DNA of 32,000 bases from Haloquadratum walsbyi C23 (GTDB lineage: Archaea; Halobacteriota; Halobacteria; Halobacteriales; Haloferacaceae): the NCBI RefSeq assembly GCF_000237865.1, contig NC_017459.1, positions 2,820,001-2,852,000 on the forward strand, given 5' to 3'. Shown piece by piece: positions 1-7,976 of the stretch. A program made the position numbers and the translations under genes. The notes beneath the pieces were generated by a model. The model searched no databases. It worked only from the letters and a program-made list of their open reading frames with translations, and was not told the DNA's origin. Each line of letters begins with the position of its first letter. Position 1 is the stretch's first letter.

Positions 1-1
1 T

Positions 2-412
2 CTGGAAAGAGAGATGTGTTTTGATTATCAGTCGGCTGCTCGGCAGTTAGAGCGTATTGCTGACCATGCAACAAAAATAGGCCACTTAACATTGAAATTC
101 AATGAGCAAGTCCCCGAAGATGTAATTGATTCGCTTATGGAACTGTGTGATGAGGCGCAATCGATTGTTGATGCTGCGATGGACGCACTGTTTACTGCTG
201 ATAATAACAAAGTAACCGATCTGGCGAATGATGCGCGTGAGTCGGTACAGCAAATTGATGAGCGCGCACGACAAATCGATGAATTACTCAGAGGACTTGA
301 CCCTGCCCGCGCACAGTTACTTGGACTGATTGTTGACTCGGTATCTCGAAGTGCAGATTATGGTGGAAATATTGCTGAGACTGCACTACAAAAAGCAGCA
401 CCAACACCATGA
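2..412 (+). CDS. PhoU-domain phosphate-uptake regulator, C-terminal part (5' end lies outside the window)
   Basis: The reading frame is open to the window edge. The motif ARQLERIADHATKIG and a second helical repeat ending SADYGGNIAETAL are typical of the PhoU repeat. Composition is acidic. Confidence 0.75.
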   Translation: MEREMCFDYQSAARQLERIADHATKIGHLTLKFNEQVPEDVIDSLMELCDEAQSIVDAAMDALFTADNNKVTDLANDARESVQQIDERARQIDELLRGLDPARAQLLGLIVDSVSRSADYGGNIAETALQKAAPTP

Positions 413-745
413 GACCTTCCCTGCCCTGAAGCGCAAAGATTCCTTCGTGGGGCATCGGACCGTCCAACGCTACCCCGAAGGTAACGTCCTCATCCACGAC
501 GGATGAGCAGTGGGAACAGCACAAGTCGCTCTTCGAGAAGTATCTGTGGGGTGGTGGGTTCTGCGTTCGTTCGTGATACATCAGGACTGCGGGAACCGTC
601 TCAACGGAAGCAATTGAAGAGTACGTCGAACAACCAGAACACGTCTAAGCGTCGGATCGACCTTCTCGGAATCAGATTAGAGCCCTGAGGCATTCTGCCT
701 CGAAACCTGTAGAATTATTTTAAAGTTGGAATACAGTCTGATACG

Positions 746-1123
746 TTAGCTATCTTCAAGAAGGACAGCGCTGACTTGACCAGTTTGTCCTGGTCGGGAT
801 GTCACACGTGCCTGCCCTGCAGAGGTTTCGATAATTGCTCCCTTCGTGATAATATTTCGTCGGATATAATTAACATTTGCAGGATTATCAACAACATTTT
901 CAATTTCCTCTGTAGTCACTTCACCACTATCTGCAACTTGTGCAATATTTGTTGAAAGTGCACGGAGTTTGTCGTCAGACCCACGAGCGTCGATAACTTG
1001 AAATCGGGGGTCATCGACTGTTGTCTCTGCAGGCTCACGCCCAAGTTGGTGTCGCTTCTTTTTACTTACATCATGAAGTCGTCCACCAGTTCGTTTCCGT
1101 GTTGATCGTCCTTGATCTTTCAT
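746..1123 (-). CDS. rps8e: 30S ribosomal protein S8e
   Basis: I trimmed ORF 746..1198 to the ATG at 1123. The N-terminus MKDQGRSTRKRTGGRLHDVSKKKRHQLGREPAETTV is the characteristic archaeal S8e N-terminus. The discarded 25 codons are Cys-rich and not halophile-like. Confidence 0.9.
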   Translation of the reverse strand: MKDQGRSTRKRTGGRLHDVSKKKRHQLGREPAETTVDDPRFQVIDARGSDDKLRALSTNIAQVADSGEVTTEEIENVVDNPANVNYIRRNIITKGAIIETSAGQARVTSRPGQTGQVSAVLLEDS

Positions 1124-1236
1124 ATTAATAGACTCTCTCGATGAGCACTTGAATGGCTCGCATTGTATGTATATGCGGGACACACTTGTCGGGTCCAATA
1201 GATTATATTGTCTGCATATGCAGTATGTGTATAGCT

Positions 1237-1698
1237 ATGAGTCTTGAAATTGCCGTTGCTGTCCCATTTAAACAACGTGGAACAACCCGTCTTGGCGAAG
1301 GTGCATTCGTCGTTGCACTTTCACTTGATCGGAGTTGGTTTTCACCCGACCAAGTCCAGCGATTAATTACTATCGCTGCCAGTCGCGGATTACTTTCTCA
1401 GTCTGATGATAAAGTTATTGCAGAGTTCGACCCAGCAACAGTATCAATTCCTGAGTCTTACGAACCCGACGAATCAATCCTTCGAGAGCAATCGGCATTC
1501 GAGCAGTTACTTGATGTACTTGTTACTGCTGGATATGAGAAACGTGAGGCGGTTGCTGAGATCAACGAACGACAACGTCAGCTCGCTATCTCCGTTGAAG
1601 CGGCAGCGGCAGTCTATGCGACGGAAGTCGGTCTTGATCTCGATACAAATGGTGGTAGTGCGATTGATATGGCGTATAACTCACTTTGCAGTGAATGA
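1237..1698 (+). CDS. Conserved haloarchaeal protein (recalled as DUF2240-type, unverified)
   Basis: I trimmed ORF 1153..1698 to the ATG at 1237 (MSLEIAVAVPFKQRG...). The protein is acidic. The discarded N-terminal stretch is Cys-rich. The gene is divergent from rps8e across an AT-rich spacer. Confidence 0.65.
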   Translation: MSLEIAVAVPFKQRGTTRLGEGAFVVALSLDRSWFSPDQVQRLITIAASRGLLSQSDDKVIAEFDPATVSIPESYEPDESILREQSAFEQLLDVLVTAGYEKREAVAEINERQRQLAISVEAAAAVYATEVGLDLDTNGGSAIDMAYNSLCSE

Positions 1699-1857
1699 CT
1701 GATTCACATCAATGAAATATCAGTAAAATAAATACTCTCACGATAATTTGTAGTTGAGACCGTGGAATATCTGTTGAGTCATACTACCCATGAACTACCA
1801 CGGGCGTGGTGGTTCGTAGTTTTGCTGTGGTCTCTGGCGGGAAGCTAGCGGAACGAC

Positions 1858-2184
1858 CGATGGCGAGTTTAATTCCGCCTGCGCTCGTCTCTGGTGAGAC
1901 TCACGTAGAACTGGTAACACCCGAACACACCGTCGGTACCACCCCAACAAATGTCGTCTGTTGCTGCCGTGATGGGTGTGTCCGTGGGTGTCCGCCCCTC
2001 GCGTGGGCGCGACACAGGCCCGGCGCACCGCGTCTCACCCAATAGTGGGTGCGTGGGTTTTGCGAGACCGGTAACGTGGGTTCCAGACTGGTATACGGCG
2101 TCCCGATAGCTCGGAACAGGCGCGTAGCCGAGCGCACGCGTTTCACCCCCGCCCACGGTGGGGCGAGGAACTCGCGCTGCTTTT
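1858..2184 (-). ncRNA. Large G+C-rich structured RNA-like element. Tentatively 7S/SRP-like RNA, or alternatively the largest copy of the interspersed element family described in the findings.
   Basis: There is no credible ORF. The 5' GCGAGUU (2175-2169) pairs with the 3' AACUCGC (1869-1863). Three 5' hairpins have U.G wobbles that work only on the minus strand. GCGCCUGUUCCGAGCUAUCGGGAC resembles the UGUAAU-turn and helix-4 part of SRP Alu domains. A long imperfect helix joins the 5' and 3' halves. An A/T box (2211-2220) lies about 32 nt upstream. I could not find a canonical helix-8 GNAR/AGCA arrangement. Confidence 0.4.
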
Positions 2185-2201
2185 GATTCACAGTGAATAA
2201 C

Positions 2202-5200
2202 TCAACCCCAGTTATTTTTCAATGTTGGTCGATCGGAGACCGGGTCGATATCTATTGGGTCATTTTTGCTGTCAATCGCTTCAAGTGCGGCAAAGGCTGA
2301 TGCGGTTGTTGAGAAGTATGTGATTTCCTCTTCAACGCAGACTTCAAGCGGATCGCGATCGCGGGAAATGACAATATCAATTTCGCCCTGTCGAAGTGCA
2401 TTGATAAGAGTGTCCACATCATCATCCTCGGAGAATGTCACGAGTTCAAAACACGCGTCATAACCATCTCGGAGCGCAGCGCCATCATTACTATCCGGGG
2501 CGGGGAACTCTTCATCTGAGAGATCGACCCAAGCGGTCCCTGAGGATGGAATTGGCTTTCCAACTGAATGTTGTGCTTTGTCATAGGCTTTGCCAAAGGT
2601 TGCAGCGGTTCCCATGACCTCCCCCGTTGATTTCATCTCAGGACCAAGTCGTGGGTCTGACCCTGGTAATCGATCAAACGGTAAGACAACTTCTTTAACA
2701 CTGGTTTCTGCTGGAATTTGTTCGGTAACATCTAATGTGGTCAGCGATTCACCAGCCATTACCTTCGCTGCGAGTTTTGCGATTGGAACACCTGTTGCTT
2801 TTGAGACAAATGGCACGGTGCGTGACGATCGCGGGTTTGCTTCGAGAACATACACCTCATCGTCTTTGATAGCCAGTTGGACATTTAAGAGTCCAACTGT
2901 GTCCAGTGCAGTAGCGATATCCTCTGTAACAGTGCGAACACGAGCCATTGTCTCAGCACTCAGTGACCGCGGGGGGATCATACATGCAGAGTCCCCCGAG
3001 TGGACACCGGCGCTTTCGACATGCTCCATCACACCGCCAATGATCGTACGCTCACCATCAGCAACAGCGTCTACATCAAGTTCAATTGCATCAGCAAGAA
3101 ATTGATCAATAAGAATAGGTTTATCAGGTGAAACGCGGACTGCCTCTTCGATGTACTCCTGTAATTCTACATCAGAGTGGACAACATCCATCGCGCGCCC
3201 TCCAAGCACATATGAGGGGCGGACGAGTACAGGATATCCAAGATCATTCGCAAGCGTAAGCGCTTCAGACTCACTTGTTGCTGATCCACCGACTGGTTGT
3301 TTGATATCGAGACTGCTCATCAGACGGTTAAACCGATCACGATCCTCAGCAAGATCCATTGCATCGACGCTTGTGCCAAGAATATCACAGTCAAGTCCAC
3401 GACGGTCAAGTTCAGCTTCAAGTGGATGTCCAATATTAACTGATGTTTGCCCACCAAACTGCACCATCACACCATCAGCGTTGGTTGCTTCAGCGACATC
3501 CGCAACCTCTTCAGCAGTAATTGGCTCAAAAAAGAGCCCATCAGAGGTATCATAATCTGTTGAGACAGTCTCTGGATTATTATTGATGACGTGTGCATCG
3601 ATTCCAAGTTCCCTAAGAGCACGCACTGCATGGACTGAGCAGTAATCGAATTCCACGCCCTGCCCGATTCTAATCGGACCACCACCGACGACGACAACAC
3701 TTTCAATATCACGGTCAACGCGAAGTTCTCCTGCTGCTGCAGCGCCTTCATACGGTCCAGAACCAGAGGTAAATTCAGGCTTTCTGGAAGAATAATAATA
3801 TGGTGTTTGTGCAGCGAACTCGCCAGCGCAAGTATCGACTTGTTTATACGTTCGACCAGGAACAGTTTTCTCAACCACGTCAATCGTCTTTTCTGTTGTC
3901 TCCGCAATTTCGGTGTTTGTAACACCAGTTGTTGCAGCGGCTGTCAGTTCACCTTCCTCTGCGGTTTTCAGTGCAGTTGGCACGCGCTGGAATCGTTTGA
4001 GATACCACTGTTTGATACCGGTAAGCTCAGCGACCGTATCGACAGTATACTCACGATCGAAGGCTTCAAAGATTGCATACGCACGATCTGGCGTTGGTCT
4101 ACTGAGATACTCAGATTTGAGCGTTTCATCACTGAGAGTCTCAAGATTGGCTGCTGGGTCGTACTCAGATGAGCGTAATGCTTTCAACAATGATTCCTCA
4201 AATGTTCGACCGATGGCCATTGCCTCACCGGTAGATTTCATAGCTGTTGAGAGCTCAAAGTCGACATTATCAAATTTATCCTTAGGCCAGCGCGGAACCT
4301 TTGTAACGATATAGTCGATTGCAGGTTCGAACGCAGCGGTCGTCTCACCGGTTATCTCATTGTTAATTTCATGGAGTCGCTTCCCGAGTGCGACTTTTGC
4401 CGTGACACGAGCAATCGGGTATCCAGTTGCTTTCGAGGCAAGTGCTGAGGACCGAGAGACTCGAGGATTCACCTCAACAACACGATACTCTCCCCCAGGA
4501 GTCCCGTCGTCATGCCATGCGAATTGAATATTACAACCACCTTGAATGCCAAGTTCACGGATAACATCGAGTGCAGCATCACGCATTGCTTGATGTCCTT
4601 CATCAGGAATAACCTGGGATGGAGTCACCACAATTGATTCACCAGTATGAATCCCCATCGGATCAAGATTCTCCATGTTGCAGATAATAATAGTCGAATC
4701 GTCAGCATCACGCATTACTTCATACTCAAGTTCTACCCATCCCGCAATTGACTCGGTGATTAATACTTCACTGTTGCGAGAGAGCCGTAAGCCCTTGCGG
4801 ACACGCTCGATCAGCTCATTCATCTCAGCAACAACACCTGAGCCAGATCCGCCAAGGGTGTATGTAGTCCGAGCAATAACTGGAAGCCCGCCAACTGTCT
4901 CAACAGCCTCATGTACTCGATCTTTGAGATCTGCCTCGGTAAGCGATTGCACAGCCTCGTCTTCTGTCAGTGAGATAGTGGTCGACTGAGGTACCGGCTG
5001 TCCGATGCGCTCCATCCGTTGACGGAACAGATCGCGATCTTCTGTTGCATATATCGTCTCAAGCGGTGTTCCCATAATCTCGACATTGTGTGTTTCAAGA
5101 ACACCTTCCTCTGCAAGTTCTGCTGTGACATTTAATCCAGTCTGCCCACCAAGTCCGGCAATTACACCGTCTGGCTGCTCGGAACGAATAATCTCAGCAA

Positions 5201-5471
5201 TCGCCTCAGTCGTAATTGGTTCGATGTATACCCGATCAGCCATCTCCGGGTCTGTCATGATTGTTGCAGGATTTGAGTTGACGAGGACAACCCGTGCGCC
5301 CTCCTCTTGAAGCGCTCGACAGGCCTGTGCGCCGGAGTAATCGAACTCAGCCGCCTGCCCGATTTGGATTGGACCACTGCCGATAAGCAGGATCGTTCGG
5401 TCGGCTGATGTGGAGTCAGCGCTATTGGTATCGACCCTCATATTGTCATTTGCGTCCTCGTCAGTCATCAC
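2202..5471 (-). CDS. carB: Carbamoyl-phosphate synthase large subunit
   Basis: 1089-aa ORF with two ATP-grasp halves (ILLIGSGPIQIGQAAEFDYSG and VVVVGGGPIRIGQGVEFDYC) and an MGS-like C-terminal domain. Confidence 0.97.
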   Translation of the reverse strand: MMTDEDANDNMRVDTNSADSTSADRTILLIGSGPIQIGQAAEFDYSGAQACRALQEEGARVVLVNSNPATIMTDPEMADRVYIEPITTEAIAEIIRSEQPDGVIAGLGGQTGLNVTAELAEEGVLETHNVEIMGTPLETIYATEDRDLFRQRMERIGQPVPQSTTISLTEDEAVQSLTEADLKDRVHEAVETVGGLPVIARTTYTLGGSGSGVVAEMNELIERVRKGLRLSRNSEVLITESIAGWVELEYEVMRDADDSTIIICNMENLDPMGIHTGESIVVTPSQVIPDEGHQAMRDAALDVIRELGIQGGCNIQFAWHDDGTPGGEYRVVEVNPRVSRSSALASKATGYPIARVTAKVALGKRLHEINNEITGETTAAFEPAIDYIVTKVPRWPKDKFDNVDFELSTAMKSTGEAMAIGRTFEESLLKALRSSEYDPAANLETLSDETLKSEYLSRPTPDRAYAIFEAFDREYTVDTVAELTGIKQWYLKRFQRVPTALKTAEEGELTAAATTGVTNTEIAETTEKTIDVVEKTVPGRTYKQVDTCAGEFAAQTPYYYSSRKPEFTSGSGPYEGAAAAGELRVDRDIESVVVVGGGPIRIGQGVEFDYCSVHAVRALRELGIDAHVINNNPETVSTDYDTSDGLFFEPITAEEVADVAEATNADGVMVQFGGQTSVNIGHPLEAELDRRGLDCDILGTSVDAMDLAEDRDRFNRLMSSLDIKQPVGGSATSESEALTLANDLGYPVLVRPSYVLGGRAMDVVHSDVELQEYIEEAVRVSPDKPILIDQFLADAIELDVDAVADGERTIIGGVMEHVESAGVHSGDSACMIPPRSLSAETMARVRTVTEDIATALDTVGLLNVQLAIKDDEVYVLEANPRSSRTVPFVSKATGVPIAKLAAKVMAGESLTTLDVTEQIPAETSVKEVVLPFDRLPGSDPRLGPEMKSTGEVMGTAATFGKAYDKAQHSVGKPIPSSGTAWVDLSDEEFPAPDSNDGAALRDGYDACFELVTFSEDDDVDTLINALRQGEIDIVISRDRDPLEVCVEEEITYFSTTASAFAALEAIDSKNDPIDIDPVSDRPTLKNNWG

Positions 5472-5531
5472 TGCGGTACAGTCCGCACATCGTAATAAGC
5501 CCGGCGAAATGCTACGAGATACGAAGTCGAA

Positions 5532-5546
5532 TTACGAAATTCGTAA
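5532..5546. promoter_or_regulatory. Perfect 7+1+7 palindrome TTACGAA-A-TTCGTAA upstream of carB (candidate operator)
   Basis: Seen directly, 61-75 nt upstream of the carB ATG (5471). A palindrome of this size is expected about twice by chance in 32 kb, so only its position is suggestive. Confidence 0.25.
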
Positions 5547-5598
5547 GCACATACGCACAGAAATCATTAGATAATAGATCTTCTGTGATCAAGCATAG

Positions 5599-6129
5599 TT
5601 ATTGCATTACATCAGCCTCAGAAAATTCACGCTGGTTGCGATATTGCTCAACAAACTCATCAATATCAAATTCATGCATCTGTGATTCAAACTGTGCTGC
5701 AACAGGGTCCTCACCATGACTCACAGCGTGATCCATTAATTCAATTACGAGTTCAATAATCAGTTCATGTAATCGTCGAGAATCAAAATCAGTAACCCAG
5801 ACAATCCCTGCACCGACTTCACCATCATCGCTCACATCAACAACGGCAACGTGGTCAGGAAACTCCTCAAGTACAATCCCAAGAAGATGAGCGGTCCCAA
5901 ACTCCGGCATCTCCTCGCTAGTCGTCTCTACTGCCTCTCGGAGCACCTCAACAAGGAACTCTGGAAGAAACCGTTCTGGAGGGTGGACATCCATCACAAC
6001 AGCGTGCTGTGTCCCACAGTCACACTCAAACTCACGCATTCCAAGGTCAAGTTTGCGGACAGCAGTTGTCTCACCACAAGTGAGCTCAATCATTTCACCA
6101 CCTCCACTTGGGACCCGCGGTTGCGTCAT
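5599..6129 (-). CDS. Conserved haloarchaeal hypothetical protein with a small Cys/His cluster
   Basis: 176-aa very acidic ORF. The N-terminal LTCGETT...FECDCGTQH resembles a small metal-binding knuckle. I do not recognise the family with confidence. Confidence 0.6.
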   Translation of the reverse strand: MTQPRVPSGGGEMIELTCGETTAVRKLDLGMREFECDCGTQHAVVMDVHPPERFLPEFLVEVLREAVETTSEEMPEFGTAHLLGIVLEEFPDHVAVVDVSDDGEVGAGIVWVTDFDSRRLHELIIELVIELMDHAVSHGEDPVAAQFESQMHEFDIDEFVEQYRNQREFSEADVMQ

Positions 6130-6323
6130 ATCATTATATTATATCCACAGCTGTTAAAAACCCTGATTTAGAGAATCATTCAGCCAAGATTGCGAAAAGA
6201 CCAGCCCCTCATGGAGCGGCTGGAGAGACCGAGTAACAAAGCGTTATCCACATTAATTAGTCGTTTCAGACAGAAGAGCCGAAAGCAGTCGGGTGATTAT
6301 AATAACTAATTGATACGATTTTG

Positions 6324-6575
6324 TCACTCACTCGCGGTTGTATATAATAATGGACCGACAAGCAGCAGTGCAATACCCAAGAAAAGATAATGTATCGGGA
6401 CAAGTGCCTGTGGTGTAAGAATAAAAATAAGACCGAAAAGAGTGGTATTCGCTGCGATTAATCGTTGAGATTTCAATGGAAGTGCACCAACAGTAGCAAG
6501 CACAAACCCGAGTAATAGTGCCTGTCCGATGTTGTAGTTGAGCAGGAAACTATCGACAACTTGTAGAGGGAACAT
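6324..6575 (-). CDS. Small membrane protein (about 3 predicted TM segments)
   Basis: 83-aa hydrophobic ORF, co-oriented with and 57 nt downstream of the membrane protein at 6633..6959. Confidence 0.45.
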   Translation of the reverse strand: MFPLQVVDSFLLNYNIGQALLLGFVLATVGALPLKSQRLIAANTTLFGLIFILTPQALVPIHYLFLGIALLLVGPLLYTTASE

Positions 6576-6632
6576 CGTTAATCAGATTTTCTATGTGACC
6601 TGCGCATTAAACTTCCGTTCTGAAGAGCAATC

Positions 6633-6959
6633 TTATCGCCCGGTTGGTCCTGTGATGTCAAGCGGACGTATCCAGCCAAACCAGACCGCAAATACCATTC
6701 CAGCGTATCCAAAAACGAAAATAAGGACTCCGAGATTGCTGTATCCTGCTTCACCGAGAGCCCGTCGTGCGAGTCCTGACCCGGCAATGCCACTCAATAA
6801 TACGAGTCCTAATAATAATTTGCTTCGTGTCAGTTTGAATAGATTTGAATCATCATTATCAGTTGTATTGATTGTTCTTCCAGTGTTGTCATCAGCACCA
6901 CTATCAGAGCCATCAACAGTATCGTCCGGATTGCTATCTGATGTACTGTCAGTATTCAT
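6633..6959 (-). CDS. Membrane protein with an acidic Asp/Ser/Thr-rich N-terminal tail
   Basis: I trimmed ORF 6633..6995 to the ATG at 6959 (MNTDSTSDSNPDD...). The C-terminal half has two hydrophobic segments. Confidence 0.5.
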   Translation of the reverse strand: MNTDSTSDSNPDDTVDGSDSGADDNTGRTINTTDNDDSNLFKLTRSKLLLGLVLLSGIAGSGLARRALGEAGYSNLGVLIFVFGYAGMVFAVWFGWIRPLDITGPTGR

Positions 6960-7132
6960 CCTTATACTCACTACGTACTGTTTGTTGCTGATCATTCCTG
7001 AATTACTCGATTTTAATTAGAGCATCATAGATGACAGTGTGTATCGGCCATTATTCGAGTAAGAGAGCATACGATCAGATCAATCGTTAGTATACACCGA
7101 AATTAGTTGGCTGGGGAGTTATGGCCCCAGAC

Positions 7133-7157
7133 TTCAACTGGGGAATGCCCAGTTGAA
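7133..7157 (-). other. Perfect 10-bp hairpin in the tRNA-Ile trailer
   Basis: TTCAACTGGG (7133-7142) and CCCAGTTGAA (7148-7157) flank the loop GAATG. A second 6-bp hairpin, CTGGGG/CCCCAG, lies at 7111-7130. A U4 run (complement of 7157-7160) lies 4 nt after the 3' end of the tRNA. Confidence 0.5.
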
Positions 7158-7164
7158 AAGGAGG

Positions 7165-7238
7165 TGGGCCAACACGGATTTGAACCGTGGACCTCCCGGT
7201 TATCAGCCGAGCGCTCAACCTGACTGAGCTATTGGCCC
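7165..7238 (-). tRNA. tRNA-Ile (anticodon GAU)
   Basis: The reverse complement GGGCCAAUAGCUCAGUCAGGUUGAGCGCUCGGCUGAUAACCGGGAGGUCCACGGUUCAAAUCCGUGUUGGCCCA folds as a 74-nt cloverleaf. It has a 7-bp acceptor stem, GCUC/GAGC D stem, CUCGG/CCGGG anticodon stem with loop CUGAUAA, and CACGG/CCGUG T stem with a UUCAAAU loop. CCA is not fully encoded. Confidence 0.95.
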
Positions 7239-7368
7239 CCGGTTAAGCGCACATATTGCTAGCGTGATGATGTGTTTAAGCGTTTCCTTTCAGAGGTTTT
7301 GCAATCGTATCAAGATCACTACACTGTATCGGGGTCGGCAACGATATTATTTCCAGAAGTTGGGGTCG

Positions 7369-7848
7369 CTATCGGTCCTCGTCAGGACGCCCATATTCTT
7401 CAGGATCAAGGTTTACTGTATCCTCATCTGGAAAACCATCTATATATATATTGCCGGATACGAAGTCATTTGTTCGCCGATCAAGTATCGGAGTGACGAT
7501 ATATCGTTTTGTGAGAATTCGAATCGGGTATCGTGTTACCGGAATTGCACTTGCGAATCCGATTATATCAGTGACAATCCCGGGTGTCAATAAAAATGCA
7601 CCAGCAGCGATGAGTAACCCCCCATCGATTAGTTCATTTGTCGGAAGCGTTCCTCGTGCAATCTTCTGTTGAATTCGTTGTATTGTGGTCCGACCCTCAG
7701 CACGAACAAGCACCATTCCAAAAAGACCAGTTAGGACAACAATAAGCACTGTTGTGAGGAGACCGATGGCTGTCGCAATCGGCACAAGAAGCAGTGTATC
7801 AACGAGTGGAATCGATAATAGCCCTACGATCACCCATCGAGTCTTCAT
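7369..7848 (-). CDS. fxsA: FxsA-family membrane protein
   Basis: I trimmed ORF 7369..7863 to MKTRWVIVGLL. The pattern LTGLFGMVLVRAEG...LIAAGAFLLTPGIVTDIIGF...P is the FxsA signature as I recall it. Confidence 0.75.
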   Translation of the reverse strand: MKTRWVIVGLLSIPLVDTLLLVPIATAIGLLTTVLIVVLTGLFGMVLVRAEGRTTIQRIQQKIARGTLPTNELIDGGLLIAAGAFLLTPGIVTDIIGFASAIPVTRYPIRILTKRYIVTPILDRRTNDFVSGNIYIDGFPDEDTVNLDPEEYGRPDEDR

Positions 7849-7976
7849 ATAACATATACTCAATCAGCGTTGATAGACCTTGTGTCAGTATTAATCTCAG
7901 TTGCCGTTATGACATGTAATTATATTTATCATTTACCCTCGAAGCTCTTAGGATGCGTCATCACTGATATCGTATT

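Noticed and set aside
430-648. A possible small decayed gene, with an acidic C-terminal peptide ...YIRTAGTVSTEAIEEYVEQPEHV in the same frame as ...DEQWEQHKSLFEKYLWGGG.
   Set aside because: It has no start codon and an in-frame TGA at 574-576, and I recognise no family. It is more simply explained as a chance frame through a G+C-rich repeat block.
1795-2190. RNase P RNA as the identity of this G+C-rich block. I also considered it for 9715-10080 and 24660-24885.
   Set aside because: None of the three regions, on either strand, contains the near-universal CR-I GAGGAAAGUCC or CR-V ACAGAA-NNN-GGCUUA motifs. The partial resemblances to CR-II/CR-III (GGUAACG at 2070-2076, GCAGAAAAUAACCCC at 10003-10017) are in the wrong order or spacing for a type A RNase P RNA.
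2266-5310. Many 60-170-aa ORFs on the plus strand, and in other minus frames, within carB. The same kind of shadow ORFs occur inside dnaG, the thioredoxin-domain gene, uppS and the oxidoreductases.
   Set aside because: They are antisense or off-frame shadows of long, well-supported genes. Their translations are Ser/Arg/Cys-rich.
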